From assembly GCA_963721815.1 (NCBI GenBank), contig CAVRLO010000024.1:806475-870474 (forward strand): 64,000 nucleotides of DNA, in the 5' to 3' direction. How positions within the stretch are numbered: the stretch's first letter is position 1; the number at the start of each line of letters is the position of its first letter. Shown here piece by piece: positions 1-10,373 of this stretch. The notes under the pieces were generated by a model. It was not told the origin of the DNA. It worked only from the letters and a program-made list of their open reading frames with translations, and made no database searches. The stretch comes from an uncultured Candidatus Rokubacteria bacterium (GTDB lineage Bacteria > Methylomirabilota > Methylomirabilia > Rokubacteriales > CSP1-6). The position numbers and the translations under genes were made by a program.

Positions 1-611
1 ATGTCGGCGAGGCTCAGGGCCAGGGGATGCCAGGCATCGCCGAGCAGCGCGACGCGCTTGAGCGCCGGCGACGAGATCGTGCCGGGCAGACCGCCGACCC
101 AGATCGGCGGGTGCGGCGTCTGGGAGGGCCGCGGCGCGAAGGTAGCGCCGGAGAAGGTCAGGTACTTGCCGGAGAAGCTCGGCTGGTCCGCGCTCCACGC
201 GGCCTTGATCACGCGCAGATACTCGTCGGTCTGCGCGCCACGCTGGCGAAAGGGCAGCCCGAGGTTGCGAAACTCCTCCTCGTCCCAGCCGACGCCGATG
301 CCGAAGATGAAGCGTCCGCGCGAGGCCTGGTCGACCGTCGCGGCCGCTTTCGCGGTTACCAGCGGATTGCGGTACGGCAGCACGATCACGCTCGCGCCGA
401 CATGGATCCGCTGGGTGCGCCCCGCGATGAACGCCAGGAGCGAGAACGGATCGGGCCAGTTCGGGCCGTAGTGCTGGGTGGTCGCCGGTGGCGCCAGGAT
501 GTGATCGGGCACGAACACGCCGTCCAGACCGAGATCTTCGGCTCTCAGCGCCAGGGTCTCCGCGTCGCGCACCGACAGTTGCCAGATCGGAAGAACCACG
601 CCGTATTTCAT
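1..611 (-). CDS. LLM-class (luciferase-like) flavin/F420-dependent oxidoreductase; C-terminus runs off the window
   Basis: Absent from the ORF track because there is no stop in the window. Manual reverse translation from ATG at 611-609 gives MKYGVVLPIWQLSVRDAETLALRAEDLGLDGVFVPDHILAPP...RFIFGIGVGWDEEEFRNLGLPFRQRGAQTDEYLRVIKAAW...HPPIWVGG. This is a typical luciferase-like monooxygenase N-terminal and central region, with GC-rich third codon positions. Confidence 0.75.
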   Translation of the reverse strand, partial: MKYGVVLPIWQLSVRDAETLALRAEDLGLDGVFVPDHILAPPATTQHYGPNWPDPFSLLAFIAGRTQRIHVGASVIVLPYRNPLVTAKAAATVDQASRGRFIFGIGVGWDEEEFRNLGLPFRQRGAQTDEYLRVIKAAWSADQPSFSGKYLTFSGATFAPRPSQTPHPPIWVGGLPGTISSPALKRVALLGDAWHPLALSLAD

Positions 612-778
612 CGCCGCCTCCAGATCTGCGACGGGCGCCATGCGGGCGTGCCGCCGCGATCGTCACGGTTTTGACCTGATCCGCGCCGCCGGCGTTACTC
701 TCCCACGCGGCCGCGGGGATGGCAATCTCGCCGTCCGGCTGCCGTGCTAGGCTCTCGATTCGTCACGCGGGAGGCGGT

Positions 779-1391
779 TTGACCAAGACACTGGATGAGC
801 TCCTGGCCGAGCTCGAGGAGTTCGGCAAGACCAACGACGGCTCGAACACCGAGCGGCCGCGGCGGATGCTGAACATCACGCGCGACACTGGCGAGCTCCT
901 GGCGGTGCTGGTCCGGGCGACCATGGCGCGGCGCGTGCTGGAGATCGGCACGTCGAACGGCTACTCGACCCTTTGGCTCGCGAGCGCCGCGCGTGCGATC
1001 GGCGGGTCGGTGACCACGGTCGAGCTCTCGGACGTACAAGATCGAGCTCGCCACCGCCAACTTCGCCCAGATCTGGCCTCGCCGCGCCTATCACGCTTCT
1101 CCATGAAGACGCCGGTCGCGTGCTCCAGCGCTCGGGCGACGGCGCGTTCGATCTCGTGTTCCTCGACTCCGAGCGCACGGAATATCCGGGATGGTGGCCG
1201 GCGCTCAAGCGTGTGCTGCGGCCCGGCGGGCTCCTGGTCGTCGACAACGCGACCTCGCACTCGGTCCGAGATGGCGCCGTTCGTGGCGCTGGTCTCGGCC
1301 GACGCCGCATTCGTCACGAGTCTCGTTCCCGTGGGCAACGGAGAGTTTCTCGCCGTGAAGGCCGATCAGGCATGGAGCGACCAGCACATGA
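779..1391 (+). pseudogene. class I SAM-dependent O-methyltransferase (caffeoyl-CoA OMT-like), reading frame broken 3-4 times
   Basis: A TTG start at 779 follows GGGAGG. The protein can be followed through three frames: [12 protein letters not shown]...[32 protein letters not shown] / [12 protein letters not shown] / [19 protein letters not shown]...[38 protein letters not shown] / [32 protein letters not shown]. The shifts lie near 1034, 1070 and 1262, all in the +1 direction. No in-frame stop precedes the next gene. Confidence 0.7.
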
Positions 1392-2369
1392 ACATCACGA
1401 TCCTCGACGACTACCAGGACACGATTCGCACGCTGACCTGCTATCCGAAAGTCGCCGGCCACCGGGTAACGATCTGGAACGATCACACCAAGGACGTCGA
1501 CGACGCTCGCCGGGCGGCTCAAGGACACCGAGGCGCTGGCACTGATCCGCGAACGCACGCCGATCCGCGCGCCCTTGCTCGAGCGTCTGGACAAGCTCCG
1601 GCTGATCAGCCAGGCCGGTGTCTTTCCGCATATCGACGTCGAGGCGTGCACGCGACGCGGCATCCTCGTGTGCTCGGCAGACCGGTCCCGGCCGCCCGTC
1701 GTACGCGACGGCCGAGCTCACGTGGGGACTGGTCATCGCGGCCTTCCGGCGCATCCCGCAGGAGATGAACGCGCTCAGGGCCGGCAAGTGGCAGGCCTAT
1801 CCGATCGGGATCGGCCTACGCGGCAAGACGCTCGGCATCTACGGCTACGGCAAGATCGGCGCGCGTCGTCGCCGGCTACGGCAAGGCCTTCGGCATGAAC
1901 GTGCTCGCGTGGGGCCGCGAGAACTCGGTGAACCAGGCGCGCGCCGACGGTTTCACGGTCGCCGCGAGCAAGGAGGCGCTGTTCGCCGAGTCGGACGTGC
2001 TCTCGCTGCACCTGCGGCTGATCGACGCGACCCGCGGCATCGTCACGGCCTCCGACCTGGCGCGCATGAAGCCGACGGCGCTGATCGTCAATACGAGCCG
2101 CGCCGGGCTCGTCGCGCCCGGGGCGCTCGAGGCGGCGCTCCGTGCCGGGCGGCCGGGCATGGCAGCCGTCGACGTCTATGAGGAAGAACCGGTGCTCGGC
2201 GGGCTCCACCCGCTGCTGTCGATGGACAACGTCATCTGCGCTCCGCACCTCGGCTACGTCGAGCGCGACGGCCTCGAGCACATGCTCGCCGGCATCTTCG
2301 ATCAGATCCTGGCGTTCGCCGGCGGCAAGCCGATCAACGTCGCAGAACCCGGAGGCGCTAAAGCGCTGA
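1388..2369 (+). pseudogene. D-isomer-specific 2-hydroxyacid dehydrogenase (phosphoglycerate dehydrogenase-like), 4 frame breaks
   Basis: The protein is pieced from ORFs 719.., 1575.., 1618.., 1895.. and 2142..: [16 protein letters not shown] / [46 protein letters not shown] / [22 protein letters not shown]...[14 protein letters not shown] (NAD-binding GxGxxG) / [10 protein letters not shown]...[11 protein letters not shown]...[13 protein letters not shown] / NPEALKR*. The shifts lie near 1505, 1685, 1865 and 2340. Confidence 0.75.
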
Positions 2370-3431
2370 CGGGAAGAGCGCGACGCCGAAGCGGGCAGCG
2401 ACAGAACGAAGCTCGTCGACGATCGGGCGGAACAGCGGGATGCCGTCGCGGGTGCGGGTGGCCAGCGTGCGACCGCCGCGCTCGCCGGGCATGAGGATTT
2501 CGATGACTCCCGGGGCCTCAGGCAGGGCCTTCAGCGCCGCGATCACGCGGTCGACCTCGGAGCGAAACGCGTCCGGGTCGCCGAATCGGCGCACATCGAT
2601 CGCGAGTACGAGTCCGTTTTGCCGATGGCGGTGCCCGTCGGCGGCGCCCTCGAGCGCCCCGGCGATGATCGGGTTGGCGACGAGCAGGCTCGTGATCAGC
2701 TCGATCATCAACGAGAGGCCGGAGCCCTTCGGGCCTCCGAGCGGCAGGGGGATCAGGGCGGCCTGAGGGTCAGTGGTCGGGTTGCCGTCGCGGTCGAGCG
2801 CCCAGCCCGCGGGAATCGGCTGCCCCGTCTTCTTCGCCTGCACGAGCTTGCCCCGCGCGACGACGCCCGTCGCCATGTCGAGGACGACGGGCCCGCGCTC
2901 GCCGCCCGGCACCGCGATCGAGATCGGATTCGTGGATACGCCTGCGGCGCGGGTGCCGTGATACGCCATGAATGGCGTGGACGCGGCGAGGGCGACCGCG
3001 GCCATGCCGGCCTCGGCCGCCATCAAGGTGTAGTAGCCGAGCGCCGCGGTGTGGGTCGTTGCCCGCACGAGGCCGAGACCCACGCCGGCGTCGCGGGCCT
3101 TGCGTACGGCCGCGTTCATCGCGGTGGTCATCGCGATAGGGCCGGCGGCGCGATCGGCGTCGACCAGGATCGAGGCGGAGGTCTCCGTGCGGATCTTGAT
3201 CGACGGCGTCAGGTTGAGGTCGCCGTCGTCGATGAGCCGCAGGTACATCGGAATGCGCGACACACCGTGCGTGTCGACGCCGCGCAGATCGGCCCACACC
3301 AGCACATCGGCCACGAGCGTGGCGTCGAGCTCTGCCATCCCGGCGCGCACGAACACCTCCCGCGTGAAGCGGTGGAGCGCGTCGGCCGTGACCGTCACGG
3401 CCGCCGGCGCCGCGCCGGGCCGCTCGCTCAT
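2358..3431 (-). CDS. Ldh family oxidoreductase (malate/L-lactate dehydrogenase family 2)
   Basis: Intact 357-aa ORF. It contains [35 protein letters not shown] and [18 protein letters not shown], which are characteristic of the Ldh_2 family. A 4-nt ATGA overlap links it to the upstream hydrolase gene. Confidence 0.8.
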   Translation of the reverse strand: MSERPGAAPAAVTVTADALHRFTREVFVRAGMAELDATLVADVLVWADLRGVDTHGVSRIPMYLRLIDDGDLNLTPSIKIRTETSASILVDADRAAGPIAMTTAMNAAVRKARDAGVGLGLVRATTHTAALGYYTLMAAEAGMAAVALAASTPFMAYHGTRAAGVSTNPISIAVPGGERGPVVLDMATGVVARGKLVQAKKTGQPIPAGWALDRDGNPTTDPQAALIPLPLGGPKGSGLSLMIELITSLLVANPIIAGALEGAADGHRHRQNGLVLAIDVRRFGDPDAFRSEVDRVIAALKALPEAPGVIEILMPGERGGRTLATRTRDGIPLFRPIVDELRSVAARFGVALFPSAL

Positions 3432-4310
3432 CGCGAGCGGGGTGAGACCGGAAAGTACTTATCGAGCCAGTTGCGCAGGAGCGTGACGACCAGCGTGTTG
3501 CTCTCCGACAGCACGAAATGGTCGACCCCAGCGACCAGATGGAGGTCGGTCGGCTGACCGGCGTGGCGGAAGAGGTCGATCGACTGCTCGGTCGGCGTCA
3601 CCGAGTCGTTCGCGGGATGGAGCAGCAGGAGCGGCCGCGGCGAGATCTTGCCGACCACGTCGTTGGCCCGGAAGGCGTACATGCTTTCGACGACCTCGAA
3701 CGGAAACTCCATGATCGACCCCGGCGCCACGTTGCCGCGCAGGGCGGGCGGGATCGGCACGATGTCGTAGCGCTCCACCATGATCGATTCGCCCGTCTGC
3801 TCTCGGCGCCGGCGGCCCTCGGCTAGCATCGCCGTGAAGCGCGCCCACGCCTCCGGCGACTCGTGCTGCTTGCGAAACTTCTTCTCGCCGTCGCCCCAGC
3901 CGCCGGCCGAGACGCACGCGGCGACCCGCTGATCGACGCCCGCGGTGTAGACGGCGACCGCGGCGCCGAAGCTCGCCCCCATTACCCCGATGCGATCCGC
4001 GTCGATCTCGGGCCGGGTCGCGAGAAAGGCGAGGGCGCTCTGAGTGTCCTCGACCTGCTCGAGACAGATCACGCGCCCGCGCGACGCCCTCGCTCTGGCC
4101 GCAGCCGCGCATGTCGAATCGGAGCGCCGCATAGCCGAGCCCCGCGAACAGCTTCGCGCTGGCGACGCTGCCGCCGCTGTCCTTACTGCTGCCGAACCCG
4201 TGCAGGATCAGGAAGGCGGGCCGCCGCTCGCGCGGGCCGCGGGCGTCGGGCACGTGCAGCACGCCCGCGAGCTTCAGACCGCCGGAGACGAATGTGACCC
4301 GCTCTTCCAT
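3428..4310 (-). CDS. alpha/beta hydrolase, one frame break in this sequence
   Basis: The N-terminus (ORF 3459..4310) reads MEERVTFVSGGLKLAGVLHVP...AFLILHGFGSSKDS...RFDMRGCGQSEG. It continues in ORF 3428..4132 with RVICLEQVEDTQSALAFL...IGVMGASFGAAVAVY (GxSxG elbow)...LLLLHPANDSVTP...GVDHF. The shift lies near 4075-4085. GGGAGG precedes the ATG. Confidence 0.75.
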
Positions 4311-4326
4311 GGGGTCCTCCCGGCTA

Positions 4327-4690
4327 TCAGTTCTTCTTGAGGCGCACGTCTTCGAGCGGCGCCGACCACGGATACGGGTTGATCATCATGAGCGCTGGAT
4401 TCTCCGCGCGCGGCCCGATTCCGCTGGGCCAGATGTACTCGAAGATCGGCGCGATCCGCGTGCGCTCGTTCATGAGCTGCTGGATCTGGTGCAGGAGCGC
4501 CTCGCGCTTCTTCCGGTCCGGCTCGCGGCCCTGCTGCTTGTAGAGCGCGTCGTGTCCGGATAGCCCCGTAGGCAAAGGCGCCTTCGTTCGGATTCGTAGA
4601 GGTCGGCGGGGAGGTCCCGGTAGAACTGGAGAAGCTCGAGGGCGCTGGGCCGCGGACGGAACCCCAGCCCACATCCTCGACAGCGCAGCA
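4327..4690 (-). pseudogene. C-terminal remnant (about 110-120 aa) of a family-5 (peptide/nickel type) ABC substrate-binding protein
   Basis: Only the C-terminal end is present: ...NEGAFAYG / LSGHDALYKQQGREPDRKKREALLHQIQQLMNERTRIAPIFEYIWPSGIGPRAENPALMMINPYPWSAPLEDVRLKKN*. It is read across 2-3 frames. The remaining roughly 400 aa expected for such proteins are missing, and the preceding gene ends at 4792. Confidence 0.55.
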
Positions 4691-4791
4691 CGCGCCCCGG
4701 GGAGATGTCACGCCGCGAAGGACCGAAGGCCGACGGCGGCTCCCTCCTCTTGGCCCCCTCACGCCAGAGAGCGGACAGGGAGCTTCCCAGC

Positions 4792-6310
4792 TCACGAGGC
4801 GGGCGGGCGTGTCCCGGTCACGAGTTTCGCTCGCCGCGCGCGCCACGAGCCCCGTACGAGGCGCACGAGGGTAGAGAGGTAGTCCGGGCCCACGCGAAGG
4901 ACGCGGAACGAGGAACGTCCCATGTCGATTGTCCGGTTGATCCAGGACACAGGCACTTCCTGGATGTCGTGACCGGCCAGCAACGGCTTGAGCCCCGTCT
5001 CGACATTCGCAGCGAAGTGATTCTCCTCGAGGTCGAGATTCTTGAGGATGTCGGCCCGGTAGAGCTTGAGATTGTTGGAGATGTCGCGGACGCGGCTGGG
5101 GAGGAGCAGGTTCACGAGCAGGTGGAAGACACGGTTACAGAGGATTTTGAAGAAGGGATAGTTGATGAGCATCGACTCGTGAGAGAACCGACTGCCGATG
5201 GCGCCCGCATGTCCTTGCGCCACGGCGTCGAAGAGGTCCCGGAACTCGGGCACGATCTGCACGAAATCGCTGTCCGTGGTGAGAATGTAACGGCCGGTGG
5301 CCGCGGCGTACCCATCCCGAAGCGCACGTCCCACGCCGTTGGGCGGCTTGCGATCGACCAGCTTCACGCGGGGCTCCCGCCGGGCCACCTCCCGCGTGAC
5401 GTCCGCCGTCCGATCCGTGCTGTTGTCGTTCACGATGATGATCTCGTGCAGGTACGGCCCGTACATACCCACCAGCGCGTCCACGAGAGGCTCCACGTTC
5501 ATCTCCTCGTTGTGACAGGGGGCCACTACGGAGACGGAGGCACGCAACGCCTCGTGCTCGGCCAGGTTGACGAGGGGCCGGGGTTTTCCTCCCGGCTTCC
5601 GCGCCCATATGTAGAGCGTGCCGCACAGCTCGCGGATGAGGGGGGCGTGCTCCAGCACGAACCCGAGGGTCCGCACGACGGGAAGGAGGAGCCGAGGCGT
5701 GCGGGGATGCACGATGTCGTAAGGGATGACGTCGATGTGCGTGAATCCCTGATGCGAGCTCATCTGCATGAGGCGGTACTTGCGCAGCCCGATCTGGCAG
5801 CGCGCCTGCCCCGCCCACCGTCCGAGAGGCGGAATGGCGTTCTTGAGGAAGACCTGGGGATTCCAGTAGTTGGCCTCGAAGAAGATCAGCTGGCCGCCAG
5901 GTTTCAACACTCGCCAGAGTGCGCGCAAGGTCTGCGGGTACTGGTCGTGGCAAAGGATGGCAGTTCCCACATGCATAGTCGAAGGCGTCGGCGGGAAGAT
6001 CCTCGGTGAGGTCCGTGACCCCGCGGTAGGTCACGTTCGGCAGATGCCTCCCGCTTGCCCTGAGGAGGAGATCCTCGTTGAACACCGCGGCCGTGATGGG
6101 ATTCTCGCCCCGCAGGACGGCTGTGAGGTGCTCGGTCCAGAGCCCGCTGCCGGCACCGAGTTCAACGATGCTCTCCCCGGGCAGCACGTGGAAGCCATGG
6201 CGCACGGTGACGGCACGCCATCGCAGCTTCATGGGCGACGTGTGTGGATAGCGGAGCCAGTATGCCTCACGACTCCGCTCCATCTCGCGCAGGTTGGTCT
6301 CAACTGACAT
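4792..6310 (-). CDS. bifunctional class I SAM methyltransferase / family-2 glycosyltransferase (DPM1-like), one frame break
   Basis: The N-terminus (frame of ORF 5135..6343) reads MSVETNLREM...VELGAGSGLWTEHL...PADAFDYA. It continues in ORF 4792..5976 with VGTAILCHDQYPQTLRALWRVLKPGGQLIFFE, then a GT2 domain: VSVVAPCHNEEMNVEPLV...IIIVNDNSTDRTADV...GVGRALRDGYAAATGRYILTTDSDF. A single extra base lies near 5968-5972. An alternative start exists at 6343. Confidence 0.75.
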
Positions 6311-6367
6311 CGTTCGGCCGAGCGCGCGCGAGGTCGGGCCCATAGACAGGGCCGGCGCCCCCGAGAC

Positions 6368-6505
6368 GGATCATGACGACGCCGCCGCGTGGACGTCGCG
6401 GGCCAGCTCGTCCAGGATCGATGACAGCGATCGGGTGATGCGCCAGCCCGGGTAATCTCGCCGGAAGCGATTGAGGTTGCTGATGTAGCAGATGTAGTCC
6501 CCCAT
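6368..6505 (-). CDS. possible 45-aa hypothetical protein (below ORF-track cutoff)
   Basis: Manual translation gives [45 protein letters not shown]. It has GC-rich third positions and lies directly upstream of the MT-GT2 gene on the same strand. There is no clear RBS and I recognise no family. Confidence 0.2.
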
Positions 6506-6635
6506 CCGGGGCTGCTCTTCGTATCGTCACGATAGCTTCTCTGCTCTAGTTCATCAAGAGATGAGCCGGACGGTCCCGCGGCTGCGGCGAACGAAGCCTG
6601 TCCGACGAATGACTCGGCCGGCTAGCCCGATTGGC

Positions 6636-7125
6636 ATGGACGACGAAAAGAGGCTGAGAGACGAGCTGGACCGCGGGATGTCGCTGCCCGCGTCCTGGTA
6701 TACGTACCCCGCCCTGGCGGCGCGGGAGGACGATCGCATCTTACGCCGGGGCTGGCAGTACGTGAGGCGCGCCGAGCAGGTGCCCGCGTGGGCGACTTCT
6801 TCACCGGGGTCGTCGCGCAGGTGCCCGATCACTATCCTTGATCCTTGGCCCCGGGCCAACCGAACCTGTCGCTCGATGTCTGGATCCCCGCGGGGCCGGA
6901 GCGCACGCGGGGGTTCTCGGAGCACTGGTTCGGGCGGACGTGCCGGAGGCGTCGCGACAGGAGATGATCGCGTTCAATCGCCAGGTGAGCGGGGAGTACG
7001 ATCGCCTCACCGATTCCGTCCAGCGCGGCCTCCGGGCCGGGCTGCCCGCCCGCGGACGCTTCCTGACCCGGAGCGAGCACCTGATCGTCCACTTCCAGCG
7101 GCTCGTGCTGGATGCCCTCGCATGA
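6636..7125 (+). pseudogene. remnant of a Rieske-type aromatic ring-hydroxylating oxygenase alpha subunit (N- and C-terminal ends only; Rieske domain missing)
   Basis: The N-terminus reads MDDEKRLRDELDRGMSLPASWYTYPALAAREDDRILRRGWQYVRRAEQVPA. After frame changes the C-terminal part follows: SLDVWIPAGPERTRGFSEHWF.../ DVPEASRQEMIAFNRQVSGEYDRLTDSVQRGLRAGLPARGRFLTRSEHLIVHFQRLVLDAL. No CxH...CxxH Rieske motif appears in any frame. The total is about 165 aa, against the 350-450 aa typical of the family. Confidence 0.6.
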
Positions 7126-7228
7126 GGGCCCGGGCCGCGTGGACGAGGTCGACGCGTCGTTGAAGAGCTGGGTCCAGATCGGCCCGATGCCGAGATACGT
7201 CTACGCCGGATACTCGCGTGCCGTCCGG

Positions 7229-9128
7229 CTACGGCGCGATCTGACGCCGGCGCAGCTCCTCCAGGATCTGCCCCGCGCACTCGTCCGGCGTCGCGTCCGC
7301 GGTGTGGACCACGATGTCCGGGTGCTCCGGCACTTCGTAGGGAGAGTCGATGCCAGTGAAGTTCTTGATCTTGCCCGCCCGGGCGCGGGCATAGAGGCCC
7401 TTGGGGTCGCGCCGCACGCACTCCTCGATCGGAGTGTCGACGAAGATCTCGATGAAGTCGCCCGGTTCCACCAGGTCGCGCACCACGCGGCGCTCGGCCC
7501 GGAAGGGTGAGATCAGCGAACACAGCACGATCACCCCGGCATCCGCGAAGAGCCTGGCCACTTCGCCCACGCGGCGGACGTTCTCCACCCGATCGGCCTC
7601 GGTGAAGCCGAGGTCGCGATTCAACCCGTGCCGCACGTTGTCGCCGTCGAGGATGTAGGTGTGCACGCCGCACGCATGTAGCTCGCGCTCGACGAGATTC
7701 GCGATCGTGCTCTTGCCCGAGCCGGACAGACCCGTGAACCACAGGATGACCGCCCGGTGCCCGTTGAGGGCGACCCGCGCCGCCTTGTCGATCGATAGGC
7801 GCTGCGGGTGCACGTTCGTCGCCCGGCGCAAGCCGAAAGAGATCATTCCCGCGCCTGCCGTCGCATTCGTGAAGCGGTCGATGAGGATGAACGCGCCGGT
7901 TGCCCGATTGTCGGTGTACGGATCGAAGGCGACCGGGCGGGCGGTGGCCAGGTTGCACAGGCCGATCTCATTGAGGGTGAGCGTGCGCGCGGCGACGTGC
8001 TCGAGGGAGTTGGGGTCGACCTTGTGCTTCAAACGGGTCACCCGGGCGGGCACGTAGCGCGTCCCGATCCGCAGGAGGTAGGAGCGCCCGGGCAGCATCG
8101 CCTCGTCGGTCATCCAGAGCACGTGCGCGGCGAACTGGTCCACGACCTCGGGGCGCGCGCTCGCATGGGCGAGCACGTCGCCGCGGGCCACGTCGATGTC
8201 CTCGCTGAGCTGGATCGTCACCGTATCTCCGGCCCGCGCCTCCGGGCGATCGCCGTCATAGGTGACGAGGCGCGCTACCGTCGATTCCACGCCGGACGAG
8301 GCGACGACCACGCGATCCCCGCGCCGCACGACACCGGACACCACCGAGCCGGAGAGGCCGCGGAAGTCGGGATCGGGCCGATTCACCCACTGGACCGGGA
8401 ACCGAAAGGGCTTCGTCTTCCAGGGCGTGATACACCTCCACGGACTCCAGGTACTCCAGCAGTGGCGGACCGTCGTACCATCGCGTGCGGTCGGAGCGGC
8501 TCGTCACGTTGTCGCCGTGGCGGGCGGAGATCGGAATGGCCGTGATCGAGTCGAAACCCAGGGATCCGGCGAAGGCGAGGTAGTCCCTGACGATGTGATC
8601 GAAGCGCGCGCCCGAGTACTCGACGAGGTCGATCTTGTTGATTGCCACGACGATGTGACGGATACCGAGCAGTGAGCAGATGTAACTGTGGCGGCGCGTC
8701 TGAGTGAGGACGCCCTTCCGGGCGTCGATCAGGATCACGGCGAGGTCGGAGGTGGACGCGCCGGTGGCCATGTTGCGCGTGTACTGTTCGTGCCCAGGAG
8801 TGTCGGCCACGATGAACGCACGCCGGGCGGTCGCGAAGAACCGATACGCCACATCGATCGTGATGGCCTGCTCCCGCTCGGCCTCGAGGCCGTCCACGAG
8901 GAGGGCGAGATCGATTTCATCTCCGGTGGTGCCGTACTTGCGGGAGTCGCGCTCCAGCGCGCTCAGCTGGTCCTCGGGGATGAGCCGGGCGTCGTACAGC
9001 AGCCGTCCGATGAGTGTGGACTTGCCGTCGTCGACCGAGCCACACGTGAGGAACTTGAGCAGGTCCTTCTCGCCCGCGGCTGGCGCCGGTGGCGGGGCGG
9101 GCGGGCGAGGCCCCGGCTCGGCGGTCAT
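7229..9128 (-). CDS. cysNC: bifunctional sulfate adenylyltransferase subunit 1 / adenylylsulfate kinase (CysN-CysC fusion, NodQ-like), one frame break
   Basis: The GTPase motifs are [17 protein letters not shown] and NKIDL (ORF 8256..9287 from M54). The frame then shifts near 8408-8411 at a GGG/CCC run into ORF 7229..8386 ([20 protein letters not shown]...). The APS-kinase P-loop is [15 protein letters not shown], followed by [22 protein letters not shown] overlap links it to cysD. Confidence 0.9.
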
Positions 9129-10054
9129 CAGAAATACCCCTCCCGCTTCTTGCGCTCCATCGAGGCTGGCTGGTCGGTGTCGATGAGCCGACCCGATCGC
9201 TCGGAGGTGCGCGTCGAGAGCATCTCCGCGACGATCTCGTCGAGAGTGGCGGCCGTGCTTTCGATGGCGGCCGACAGGGGATAGCAACCGAGGGATCGAA
9301 AGCGCACCACGCGCACCTGTTCCACTTCCCCCGGGAGCAGCGGTAGACGGTCGTCGTCGCGCACGATCAGTGCTCCGTCTCGGGTGACCACCGGTCGCGG
9401 GGCAGCGAAATACAGCGGCACGACCGGGATGTTCTCGGCGCGCGTGTACCGCCAGATGTCGAGCTCGGTCCAGTTCGACAGCGGAAACACCCGAATGCTC
9501 TCGCCCCGGTTGATCTTCGTGTTGTAGAGGTGCCAGAGCTCGGGGCGCTGATTGCGCGGGTCCCAGACGTGTCCGGCCGATCGGAAGGAGAAGATCCGCT
9601 CCTTGGCCCGGCTCTTCTCCTCATCGCGGCGAGCGCCGCCGAAGGCCGCGTCGAAGCCCCACTTGTCGAGCGCCTGCTTCAGGGCTTCCGTCTTCATGAC
9701 CTGGGTGTGAAGCTCTGAACCGGAGGTGATCGGGTTGATTCCTCGCGCGACGCCCTCCGGGTTCGTATGGACGAGGAGCTTCAGCCCGCAGCGCGATACA
9801 GTCGAATCGCGGTGGCGGATCATGTCGCGGAACTTCCAGCCCGTGTCCACGTGCAGCAGCGGGAACGGCGGCTTGGACGGGTAGAACGCCTTCAGGGCGA
9901 GATGGAGCATCACGCCCGAGTCCTTGCCGGTCGAGTAGAGCATCACCGGGTTGACAAATTCCGCCGCCACCTCGCGGATGATCGAGATCGATTCGGATTC
10001 GAGCCGCTTGAGATGCCTGGACAGTGGCGGGGATTGGGGCTCCGGCGTACTCAT
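9128..10054 (-). CDS. cysD: sulfate adenylyltransferase subunit 2
   Basis: Intact ORF. From M31 of ORF 9128..10144 it reads [56 protein letters not shown] (PAPS-reductase-like SxGKDS loop)...[13 protein letters not shown]...RIFSFRS...[11 protein letters not shown]...[16 protein letters not shown]...[11 protein letters not shown]. Confidence 0.92.
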   Translation of the reverse strand: MSTPEPQSPPLSRHLKRLESESISIIREVAAEFVNPVMLYSTGKDSGVMLHLALKAFYPSKPPFPLLHVDTGWKFRDMIRHRDSTVSRCGLKLLVHTNPEGVARGINPITSGSELHTQVMKTEALKQALDKWGFDAAFGGARRDEEKSRAKERIFSFRSAGHVWDPRNQRPELWHLYNTKINRGESIRVFPLSNWTELDIWRYTRAENIPVVPLYFAAPRPVVTRDGALIVRDDDRLPLLPGEVEQVRVVRFRSLGCYPLSAAIESTAATLDEIVAEMLSTRTSERSGRLIDTDQPASMERKKREGYF

Positions 10055-10373
10055 AGTCCGATCAGGCCTCAGGTGGCAGGGGATGGAGGTGTACGTCCGC
10101 CGGCCCCGTCGTTCGACTCTCGCCCCGTCTGCTGGCGCGTCCACTGGTCATTTGTTCTTCCGCGGGCACGACTCCGTCCCGGCCGCTGATCGGCGTGGCC
10201 GGCCACGGTGCGAGCCGACGGCGCGCGTGACACAGGATCCGATCGTGCGGTAGAGACGGCGATCGTGTCAAGGAGGACATGGCGCGGCGTTCGCGTGTCG
10301 TCGAGAAGGGGAGTCCTGGTCGAACGGGCATTGAGGCCCGGGACGCGCGGCCGAGCTCGTGTGGCAGGACTGC

